From the sequence record NC_061421.1: 64,000 nt of DNA. The stretch is one strand, 5' to 3'. The number at the start of each line of letters is the position of its first letter. Position 1 is the stretch's first letter. Shown piece after piece: positions 1-8,800 of this stretch. A model generated the notes under the pieces. It searched no databases. It had not been told where the DNA came from and saw only the letters and a program-made list of their open reading frames with translations. Made by a program: the position numbers and the translations under genes.

Positions 1-16
1 TGATATATATCTTAAA

Positions 17-748
17 TTAGTTTGAAACGGCTCCGAGACACTCAAAGAGATAACCCGACATGAATTCTGCCGATGACGGATTGGTGTATTGACCGCCGAC
101 ATTATCCGAACGACGAATGGCAGAATAAATGTCAGCGAAGGCGGTAGCTTTTGCATCGTCAAATACGACCTTCAGAAGCCCTCTACGGGTCGCAGCATAA
201 AAGTCAGCCGCTTCTACTGCCTCAGCGACAAAATCGCTGACAAAGCTTTCTTGGTCGTTATATTGGTCAACTACCAGCGGATGTGCATTTTTCAACAGGA
301 CGTAAAACTCCCTGCCGATGGAACTCATTATTTCCGTGCGCTGATCGACTTGAGTTTGAAATGACTTATACAGTTCGTTACTGTACGAGGTCACCCAGTT
401 GGTACCGATCTGCCGAGCCTCTTCACGGAACTTGGTTTCTGGGCTGAGGTAATACCCGATCCCTTCGGTCAACGTCAAGTAGCTCAACGCATTGGGTTGA
501 TTAAAGTCAACGTTCAAGTGAAGAACGTTACCTTCTACTCTATAAGTCTGAACGTCAGGGTCGCTGACAATCGAAATGTCTTCCAGTTGGTATTTCTCAC
601 TGATTGCGTGCATTGCATAAACAAACACTTGACCAGGAGTAAAAATCCCTTCGATCGTTTCTTTCACAGTTTGTGCTAATGCGATATTGAATTGATTCGC
701 ATTTGAGTTAATGCCTTTCAGACCGTTTAACAGGCTGGATGCTTGCAT
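17..748 (-). CDS. Hypothetical protein (243 aa), possibly virion-associated
   Basis: Long ORF, SD-like AGAGGA upstream, follows the protease cluster, TATG at 785-788 upstream; no recognisable motif. Confidence 0.75.
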   Translation of the reverse strand: MQASSLLNGLKGINSNANQFNIALAQTVKETIEGIFTPGQVFVYAMHAISEKYQLEDISIVSDPDVQTYRVEGNVLHLNVDFNQPNALSYLTLTEGIGYYLSPETKFREEARQIGTNWVTSYSNELYKSFQTQVDQRTEIMSSIGREFYVLLKNAHPLVVDQYNDQESFVSDFVAEAVEAADFYAATRRGLLKVVFDDAKATAFADIYSAIRRSDNVGGQYTNPSSAEFMSGYLFECLGAVSN

Positions 749-843
749 CGTGGTATTCCTCTGCGGGCGGAGTGAGTATCTTTACATATTAGAAAACGCA
801 CTGTAAAGTTTAAAAGATTACGTACTGCTAGTTATAGAGCATA

Positions 844-868
844 GAGAGAGGGGTAAAACCCCTCTCTC
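844..868 (-). terminator. Perfect 10-bp hairpin, immediately followed by TATG on the minus strand
   Basis: GAGAGAGGGG-TAAAA-CCCCTCTCTC; CATA at 840-843 on +. Confidence 0.75.
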
Positions 869-874
869 CTTTGG

Positions 875-1036
875 TTAGTGTCGTTGCTTTTCGTCGGTGA
901 CTGTCGGGAGGTTTACTCCTTTATACTTGCATTCTTTAAAGACATTACGCAAGAATCGCTGACGTGTCTCTTCACGTTGTTTTTCAACGCGTTCATCGCC
1001 AGGGTATCTGGCAATATAGCATGGACGTTTAACCAT
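875..1036 (-). CDS. Small basic hypothetical protein, 53 aa (below the ORF-track cutoff)
   Basis: Manual translation MVKRPCYIARYPGDERVEKQREETRQRFLRNVFKECKYKGVNLPTVTDEKQRH; SD-like AAAGGTG just upstream; fills the gap between 1075 and the hairpin at 844-868. Confidence 0.6.
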   Translation of the reverse strand: MVKRPCYIARYPGDERVEKQREETRQRFLRNVFKECKYKGVNLPTVTDEKQRH

Positions 1037-1074
1037 AGTTTCACCTTTAGTTTTCGTGGGCTTTACCGGCCCGG

Positions 1075-1764
1075 TTAGACTGTGGGGTTACTTTTGTTCG
1101 CTATCCACTGACTTGTAAGTGTTTTGAGTGCATTGCCGTTGTCGACATACGTACTCAAATTACTGTTGTCAGTGTATACTACATTACGGTCCTCGCTATT
1201 GGTAGTAGCGGAGACAATGACTAAATTTCCCTTGACCAATGGATTGGCCGTCAAAATAGTACGAAGCGTGTAACCCACGATTTCGATAAGATCAGACAAC
1301 TGCTTGTAACGGTACTGTCCATCATTGGTCGTGTCCTCTTCGTAATCTTTACGGAAGGATTCGAATAAATAGTAACCTACCCATAACGGTGCCACCGCAT
1401 AGATACTCGGATTGAAAACGTTATCAATCCGTGGCAGGAGACTATACTGATACAGCGTCGTCACGCCATAACCCAGATTTGCCAGTGTGTTAAGAACATA
1501 GTTATCTGGGAGGGCGTTGATCTTGGCTTCAATACCCGAAGCGCTATTCGGGAGTGCAACCTTTAAATGCGCAATAAGTTTTGCACGAATATCGGTTTCA
1601 CGTAAATTGATTGGCCAAGATAAAAGTGGGACCTGTTTAAACGGTTTGTTGACACCTGCGAAATCCCCAACGACAGGGGTGACTACCCAAGGCGTTAAAA
1701 GATTGACCGATTGGACAATCGCAGGTAAAGTACTGTCATCGTAAATTCCAACGGATGTCGGCAT
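1075..1764 (-). CDS. Conserved hypothetical (probable virion) protein downstream of the prohead protease
   Basis: 229-aa ORF with SD GAGGGG; position next to the protease as in phiKZ/SPN3US-like phages (recalled synteny). Confidence 0.7.
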   Translation of the reverse strand: MPTSVGIYDDSTLPAIVQSVNLLTPWVVTPVVGDFAGVNKPFKQVPLLSWPINLRETDIRAKLIAHLKVALPNSASGIEAKINALPDNYVLNTLANLGYGVTTLYQYSLLPRIDNVFNPSIYAVAPLWVGYYLFESFRKDYEEDTTNDGQYRYKQLSDLIEIVGYTLRTILTANPLVKGNLVIVSATTNSEDRNVVYTDNSNLSTYVDNGNALKTLTSQWIANKSNPTV

Positions 1765-1840
1765 TACATTCCCCTCTTCGTAATAAATATAACTTATATT
1801 AAATCGGATTTAACCGTTACATAGAGTAACAAGATAAAAT

Positions 1841-1868
1841 AAAAAGAGGAGCAAATGCTCCTCTTTTT
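1841..1868 (-). terminator. Intrinsic terminator-like hairpin after the protease gene
   Basis: AAAAAGAGGAGC-AAAT-GCTCCTCTTTTT. Confidence 0.8.
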
Positions 1869-1869
1869 A

Positions 1870-2616
1870 TTACCATTTAGAGACAAGACCCGTTTTACCA
1901 GAAATAAACGGAGTACGATCCATCTGACGAATAGCATCAACCGTGGCTTTGAAACTCGACTCCACGGAGACCAAACTTTGGTCATTGGCCATACTGCGAA
2001 TAATCGCTGGTTGTACCGGGACAATCAGTGCCGACTCGCAAGACGGTGACATGTATTTGTTTGCGCAAGACAAACCGGGTTCGTTTACGAGATCCCAGGT
2101 AATAATGTTATCGACGTATTTACGAACCTTACCGCCAACCACTCTGTCGGTCGCCATACTGCGAATACTGAACGCCAGATTCTCGTCTGGGTTAGACATG
2201 ATTTTCTCAAAATCTTCACGTCTGGCTCCCGTAGAACAAATCTCACCCATGATGGCGCAAATGCGCTGACCGTTAGGCAGAACGAAATTCGGCACAACCC
2301 AAACCTTGCGGATATGAAATGCCCAGTTACGTTCATCAATGGTGTGGATACGTTGAATGAATTTACGATAGTCGGCGTAATCGTATTCTTTGGGGTGACC
2401 CCATTCGCCGCGTAAATACCCTTCTCTCACGCGTTTCTGGAAAAGACCATTCTCCGCTAATATACGCTCAACACGTTGCTGGTCATATACCGCACCAATA
2501 CTGTTGTCGAACTCTAACGCCCCTAAAATAACTTCAAGGTAGTTGTTGTCCAGACGTTTAATATTCCCTACTCGGTTTACACCTTTCAGTGCTGTTACCT
2601 CAAATGACATCCCCAT
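1870..2616 (-). CDS. Prohead (head maturation) serine protease, phiKZ gp175 / SPN3US gp245 type
   Basis: Catalytic-triad motifs LRGEWGHP (His), LAFSIRS (Ser), ITWDLVNEPG (Asp); located next to vRNAP genes. Confidence 0.92.
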   Translation of the reverse strand: MGMSFEVTALKGVNRVGNIKRLDNNYLEVILGALEFDNSIGAVYDQQRVERILAENGLFQKRVREGYLRGEWGHPKEYDYADYRKFIQRIHTIDERNWAFHIRKVWVVPNFVLPNGQRICAIMGEICSTGARREDFEKIMSNPDENLAFSIRSMATDRVVGGKVRKYVDNIITWDLVNEPGLSCANKYMSPSCESALIVPVQPAIIRSMANDQSLVSVESSFKATVDAIRQMDRTPFISGKTGLVSKW

Positions 2617-2619
2617 GGC

Positions 2620-3348
2620 TTACCACCGCACAATATTAGAATGATTCATGAACTCATACGATAGCAGACCCGCCTTACGTTCTTTGGCCTGATTGAATTC
2701 GCTTTCCGATAGCGGGAACATTTCAACCTGACTTTGATCGAAAGGTTCTTCTTTATACTTTTCCAGGGCAGGGATAATCATTCGATAAAACCCTCTTTTC
2801 AGATCGAAGAAGGGTGAGAATTTTACCGATGGGCTGTCAACCTGAATCAGTATTCGGGTTTCAATGGCTTTACTGTAGTCGTCTTTGATGACTCTGAGTT
2901 CATCGATGAAACACTTTCCGACAACACGGGAGGGGTATCGTTGATCTTCAGTGTCGACGTTGACAAGCCATCTTTCTTCTGACCACTCTGCCATAGGGCA
3001 GATGACTTTCGTCGGACGGAGCGAACCTTCAACGGACAACGCATAAATCGTATACCCTCCTAACCATTCGTCCTTGCCCGCGCAATGTGCTTTACTGTCC
3101 ATGAAATCCCGCAACGCCACGCCATAACCCCGTAAGCAATCAATGATTGTAATCCCGGTACAAACCCGTTTGACGGATTCATCTTCTCCGTTCATGGTTC
3201 GTTGGATCTCCCGAGGAATAAAAACCGGGATATTGGGATTAGGAGAGATATGGTAAAGTGTGCGGTGATGAGTATCGACTTCGAGCTCATTAACGGCGTG
3301 CTCTTGTTGTTTACTGATGAAACTTTGAAGTCTCTCGTATGGGCTCAT
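2620..3348 (-). CDS. Hypothetical protein with an ADP-ribosyltransferase-like N-terminal motif pattern
   Basis: LYHISPNPNIPVFIPR...ED...RVCTG...CL...EERWL; C-terminal LSYE followed by a short tail ending in W. Confidence 0.55.
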   Translation of the reverse strand: MSPYERLQSFISKQQEHAVNELEVDTHHRTLYHISPNPNIPVFIPREIQRTMNGEDESVKRVCTGITIIDCLRGYGVALRDFMDSKAHCAGKDEWLGGYTIYALSVEGSLRPTKVICPMAEWSEERWLVNVDTEDQRYPSRVVGKCFIDELRVIKDDYSKAIETRILIQVDSPSVKFSPFFDLKRGFYRMIIPALEKYKEEPFDQSQVEMFPLSESEFNQAKERKAGLLSYEFMNHSNIVRW

Positions 3349-3349
3349 G

Positions 3350-4075
3350 TTACGCCCTCAGTAAACGTTCGATCGGTTGGGTTACTTCGTTCGGGTTAAC
3401 AATAGCCGAATCCAGACCATCTCCGGTATAACTCCCCGAAATTTTCGCAGTGGTATCGGAAGACCCATCCACAACGTTACGTAAAGGTATCCAGGTGAAC
3501 GGCGTAGTACGCAGCTCACTGTAGCTGTGGATATGCTCACGTAAAGGAACTTTACGGTTACTTTCAATACGGGCTAACTGGGCGATGATCATTTCACCGA
3601 TAGTCGGTGTCGCAACCAACTTTGTTCCCGTATACTCTTCGGTTTCCGCAAAGAAGCTACCTAACGTAATGTAGTTGTAAAAGAACGGAATCCTTCCTCG
3701 TGCTAAGATCTCTTCGAACAGGTAATAAAGAAGACCGTTGTCTTTTACCAAATCGATGCTTTTAACCACCGTGCTACCGGGACGGAAATAAAAGTCATAA
3801 TAGCTTCGTCCAGCATATTCGAGTTGACGAATTTCCGTCGGTGTAATTTCCATCATACTCGGGGTGGTAGCAACCGCAAAATCACCCGCTTCGCTACAGA
3901 TAGCAAAGAAGCCGATGATCATAATGCGTTTGCCCATACTGATTAACTGCTTCGCGCGAAAGGACTCTTGGATCACAATCCGGCAGCCGGTCGTGGTGAC
4001 CAGACTGCCGTTTGGGAGTTCACGTAAAGTCGCTTGCAGCGCATCGGCATTGTGTTTCCACTGCGCGATATTCAC
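3350..4075 (-). CDS. Virion RNA polymerase beta'-like C-terminal subunit (SPN3US gp244-like)
   Basis: C-terminal LRNVVDGSSDTTAKISGSYTGDGLDSAIV resembles the beta'/RPB1 C-terminal region; lies between the protease and the other vRNAP genes. Confidence 0.7.
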   Translation of the reverse strand: MNIAQWKHNADALQATLRELPNGSLVTTTGCRIVIQESFRAKQLISMGKRIMIIGFFAICSEAGDFAVATTPSMMEITPTEIRQLEYAGRSYYDFYFRPGSTVVKSIDLVKDNGLLYYLFEEILARGRIPFFYNYITLGSFFAETEEYTGTKLVATPTIGEMIIAQLARIESNRKVPLREHIHSYSELRTTPFTWIPLRNVVDGSSDTTAKISGSYTGDGLDSAIVNPNEVTQPIERLLRA

Positions 4076-4086
4076 TGTTCGACTCC

Positions 4087-5619
4087 TTAGTACACGGTGG
4101 CGTCATCCTGTTCGATAATACCCACTTTCTCTGCCTGTTTAAAAGTCAGGACATCGAAGTTAGCCACAAGCCATTTTGCCAGATAACGGATGGCCGCAGT
4201 ATAGGCAGCAGTCGTGCCGTCCTGATCGGAATCCTGCATTTCACTTTCTACGATATCGATAATGTCTTCGGCATCGATGAACGTGAAGATGTGCTGGCAG
4301 ACTTTCTGTTTGACCAATTCGAACAGATTGGGATCGTTGTCGATGTTCCAATTCGCGTAGAACTTACCGGACTTCAGATCTTCCATCACTTTGTTCAGTG
4401 CCGCTTCTTTACTGAACCCGCTTGGCAGTTGATCTTCATTGAGATTGTTCAGCGCTTGCGCCAGTTCCGGTACGAAACAGTTCGAAAGACGTTTCAGGAA
4501 CGTGTCATGGGAATAACGTTGACGCTGAATCTCAAGCGCCTGCCAACGTTTCAGGTTTTGCTGGTCGTTGGCAATAAACTGACCCAGTAAACGTTGACCA
4601 CCGCGCGGGTCTAACACGCCACCGATCACGCTTTCTGGCGTCAGTCCCTGAGAAAGTCCCTGGCGATATACCGGACCGAATACCACAATTTCCGCGTCTT
4701 CTGCAGAGGTAGCTACTTGGCTTTTTCCGGTGAAACGAATGATCATCTGACCGCGGCGGTTACAACCACTTAGCCAGCCCAGACCATTTTTGATCAGATA
4801 GCCGTATTGCAGCTTCATCGCATTGATCGCCGCCTCGTACTCGGGTAAAGTCATACCCGTACCCGGGAGCGGGTCTTGTGACATACTGTCAACCAGGAAA
4901 TAGACCACGATGCCCAGATCGGTCAGAGAAGCATCACTGAATTTCCCTTCGCAACGTTGACCGTCTTTTTGTTGGACGAGTTCTGAAACGAAGCGAGTCA
5001 CTGGGCAGATTGGGGTAATCGCACAGTTGCGGAAGAGGACGTTGTAAATGGAGACAATCGTATCGGCGCCATATTTTGCGATCGCGTCGGCCAATGCGTC
5101 GTCCAGTTCACTCACGCCAGTTTTCATCCCGTCAATTAAATCTACGTCCGTTTTTTCCGGGGCGTTTTTAATACGGGTAAAAAGAGGTGCGTTGGGTTTG
5201 AACTGGGCAAACGTATCAACTACGTAAGGGTCGTAAATGATCGGTGCAGGATCGTATTGCGTAATAGTGAACTCTTTTGGTTCTACGCCTTTCATCCTGT
5301 CCAGAATTTTACCCGTTACATCAGTGATCAGTGGTACTACCGTGTTGCGGACATACCCGATCTGACGCAGCAATGCGCCGCCAACAACTTCAACCGCGCC
5401 AGCGACTGCACCTTCATGCGGTTCAACCATCCCGATGGTACGTTGGGAGTTATCAAACAACACCTGGTCATACGCTTCCAGTGAAGGTTTGTGACTCTGG
5501 AAGAACGGGAGCGATTCAGCAACCGGGCTGAATAACAGAGACCCGGTGCGCGGGAAAAGGAATAACCCTTCGTTACTGACTACCGTCTTCGCGAGGGCAA
5601 TAGACTTTTTGTTTAACAT
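4087..5619 (-). CDS. Internal head/ejection-type virion protein (SPN3US gp243-like by position)
   Basis: 510 aa; candidate protease site PSLE|A near the N-terminus; TGATG coupling to the upstream gene; synteny. Confidence 0.6.
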   Translation of the reverse strand: MLNKKSIALAKTVVSNEGLFLFPRTGSLLFSPVAESLPFFQSHKPSLEAYDQVLFDNSQRTIGMVEPHEGAVAGAVEVVGGALLRQIGYVRNTVVPLITDVTGKILDRMKGVEPKEFTITQYDPAPIIYDPYVVDTFAQFKPNAPLFTRIKNAPEKTDVDLIDGMKTGVSELDDALADAIAKYGADTIVSIYNVLFRNCAITPICPVTRFVSELVQQKDGQRCEGKFSDASLTDLGIVVYFLVDSMSQDPLPGTGMTLPEYEAAINAMKLQYGYLIKNGLGWLSGCNRRGQMIIRFTGKSQVATSAEDAEIVVFGPVYRQGLSQGLTPESVIGGVLDPRGGQRLLGQFIANDQQNLKRWQALEIQRQRYSHDTFLKRLSNCFVPELAQALNNLNEDQLPSGFSKEAALNKVMEDLKSGKFYANWNIDNDPNLFELVKQKVCQHIFTFIDAEDIIDIVESEMQDSDQDGTTAAYTAAIRYLAKWLVANFDVLTFKQAEKVGIIEQDDATVY

Positions 5620-5810
5620 CAGACAATCCCCTCTTGTACACGGCGGGCGGCGATAGCAGCGCCAATAGCGGCGGCCAGATCTTCTTCGATGTTCGCACCG
5701 TCTGGAATTCTGAGATCTTCGCTGCGCGCATTCAGCATGACGCGGCGGCCCACCTCAAGAATATTCGCAACGCTGGTTTGCGCAATTTCTTGCAAGCCTT
5801 CATTATTCAT
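5619..5810 (-). CDS. Small hypothetical (probable virion) protein, 63 aa
   Basis: SD-like AAGG upstream; its stop overlaps the start of the 510-aa gene. Confidence 0.65.
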   Translation of the reverse strand: MNNEGLQEIAQTSVANILEVGRRVMLNARSEDLRIPDGANIEEDLAAAIGAAIAARRVQEGIV

Positions 5811-5854
5811 CTTCTTAACCTTATTTTACAAAGCGCTTTGGAAAGTAACGGGTG

Positions 5855-5881
5855 ACGAGGGGAGTACGTTTCTCCCCTCGT
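5855..5881 (-). terminator. Hairpin downstream of vRNAP beta-N
   Basis: ACGAGGGGAG-7 nt-CTCCCCTCGT. Confidence 0.6.
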
Positions 5882-5890
5882 TGTACACAA

Positions 5891-8800
5891 CTATTCGCTA
5901 TCGTACGCTTTCAGCATTTCCTGCTGAATGTTTTCAATAAGAATGTTGCCCATCCCCAGAAGTAAAGCGGAGTTTACAATACGTGCGTTAATTGCACGGT
6001 AGGAAAATTGTAAATCAATATCCCACGGTTGACCGCCTGGTAAGACTGGTGTTGTCGTCCGACAGATTCCTTTATAGACACCACTCACTACGGACTTCTT
6101 CTGGTTACCAACAACTAACTTATCGCCATCGCCCATACCGCGCTGATGGGTAATGTAGATACGAATCGCCATCATATCAATCTCTAATGGCATCCCGTCA
6201 ATACGGCTTGGGGTAAAGACCTGACCCGTTAAGGCGGTTTCGGTCCCCAATAACTTAGCATTCTTTGCCCGAATGCTGTCATACTTGTCAGCGATCTTAC
6301 GCACCGAATCCGACATATCTTCTTTTTCACCGAAATAGAAGACCTCGATCTTTTCAACCTTACCAACGTGTTTTGCACGTGGTGCCGGGTTACCTAAACG
6401 TTTCAACGTTTCCATTGTCGATTCGTCAAAGTAGTCGAAGGTTGCGGAAACTTCGTCCTCTATAAAAGCCAGCGTGTCTTCATTATCGACGTGCTGTCCT
6501 TCACTGACCAAGTTACGGATGGCCTGATTGAAGTTCACCATCAGCACACGAGTGTGCGTTACCAAGGTAGTCATCTTTTGCGATAAGCGTTCCGAAATCA
6601 AACTGGCATCTTCGAACGTGTTATTGTTCTCGACCAGCGCAATGTTCGTTGTTACGCCATTCTTAAAAGCGACCTGAGTAGGTTCACGCCAATCTCGCGC
6701 AAAGAATCCAGGGTGGTAAGCTACGACATGGTCTTTATCTACCTTTGCCCCAACCTCAAGATCGCATACAACTTCATGCGGCTCAGTGTGGCCGGTGACG
6801 ATACCAAATTTACGCCCTAACTCAATCTGGTCTTCGCCAAGTTCAGGGTCGTCGTACTTGATCACAACATGCCCTTTGGTTTTTTCGGTGATTGTCCCCG
6901 GACCTTTCGCCACAGAAGAGAAAAGGTCATCGGTACGCTGCGCCATCATTAACTCGTACCCTGTCCGGATATAACCCAAATCGTCTCCGACGGAATAGCG
7001 TTTATGGCTGCTCTGTATACCGATAAAGTTTACGCGCTTAGGGTCGTCGTATGTTGAAAAAGGCGAGACCAGTGCACTTGTAGATAGTACGTTACTGAAC
7101 CCTTTCTCTTTGCTGAGATCAGTCTCAGTCCGTGCCGTCCCGCGCAGACTTGTCAGGTTAGGGTTAGCCGATAAGTAACAGTTAATCCCAACGTCGCCGT
7201 TATCCACCGAGGATTCAGAACGTATTCCGATGTCACTAGGATGGAAGGCACGTGTACGACGAGTCATGGATCGTTTTCCGCGACCACCCGTACCAGAGTA
7301 AGTCAAGTTCTCTTTCTCTTTAAGGTTCTGTATCGGGTTGGAATCCTCTACCAAGGAAACAGAAGGGTCTTTCTGAATCGCTGAAAGGATTTCAAACGGC
7401 GGGAAATCCAACTGCGCCCTTGAACTCAAATTACTCGAGCTTTGTCTTCTCACGGCCTCAGCGAACGTTCTGTAGACCGCACCCGCCATCCTTTCATAGC
7501 CTTTGAAGAGTGAGCCCTGTGAACTCAGGTCACTTGGGTATTCATCGGTTGCAAGATAGAAGGCGGCTTTTTTCAGTAGCGGAATAAACTCGGTCGGTTC
7601 ATTCATCGCCTCCAGGTTTTCTTCAGCGATAGGGTCAATGAACAGCGCTTTCAGGTTACTGAACTCGTACAGATATCTTCCTGATAGCTGCATGTCAGAC
7701 AGTAAAGCGTTATAGTTGTCTTGGTTGTCGAGTTCCGCGACCGAATAGTTTTTCAGTGCGTTTTTCCACAATTGGAGAGAGCTATAAATCAAAACATCCG
7801 GATGAGTAATACGAGGGATCCGCCAAATCTCATCGGCAAAAACGATTTCAAATGTATTTTGATCCGGTTGAACTCGAGCGCCCTTCGTTCTACGTTGGGG
7901 TTTAATCTCCATCTTATCAACGAACTGAGTGAAACCCTCAAGATACATTAAGACGATGGCCAACGGGAACTCTTGTCCTAATATTGAAATTGTGACAAGT
8001 TCATTAGGGCGGTTTACAGGGTCTGCACCAAAGAGTTTTGAGATATGACCCAATCTCTCTGGACCGACCTGAAGATAACCCTCTCTGTCCATGGTAACGG
8101 TAGACCTGCCTCGTTTACCTACCGGGATATTTCCTTGCCCATTCCAATCCGGAAAATTCTTCCCAATGTTCGGATAGTCAAAGAAAAAGTTCATTCCCGC
8201 TGCGTCAAACGAAATGACTTCCTTCGCTATTGCCGAATAGGTACGGGGAACGGGTTGTGAATCCGTGAATGAATTTCCGTAAACGATCTCGGCCATCAAT
8301 GGTGGATTAGAAAGCGCCGCAACGTTCATAGCGTCTTTTAACCATTCACCGTAATCGTGGCGACGTTTATCGCTACGGTCTACGAAGAGCTTTCCGTAGT
8401 AAGTTGAGAGCGCGACTGTGGATGGAGAAATTTTGCGGATCGGTTTATCGAAACGCAGTTTACGCATAAAGTATTTGATACCGCCAACTTTATACTTACC
8501 ATTTTTATCCACTACCGGAAGCTGGAAACGCACTGTCGAAGGTGCACCTTTTACCGGGGAGATCTTCACGGTGTAATCGTAAAGGTCATTCAGCGCATCG
8601 ACCTGACGTTCGACTTTGAAGTCAGTGATGGCGTATCCGGCCTTCTGGAATCCGAGCACCAGATTGATCACATCTTTCTGCATGACTTCTTCGACATACT
8701 TTCGATCGTAATCGATCAACGTACTCTTGAGCATACTTTTATCTTTGACGTGAGCAATATCAACCACTTCTTTCGGTTTAAAGTCCCAGACAATTTCCTT

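Noticed and set aside
878-1078. 66-aa + strand ORF
   Set aside because: The minus-strand 53-aa ORF has an SD and fits the operon direction.
4012-4590. 192-aa + strand ORF
   Set aside because: Antisense to the 510-aa head gene, which also has biased codons; no independent signals.
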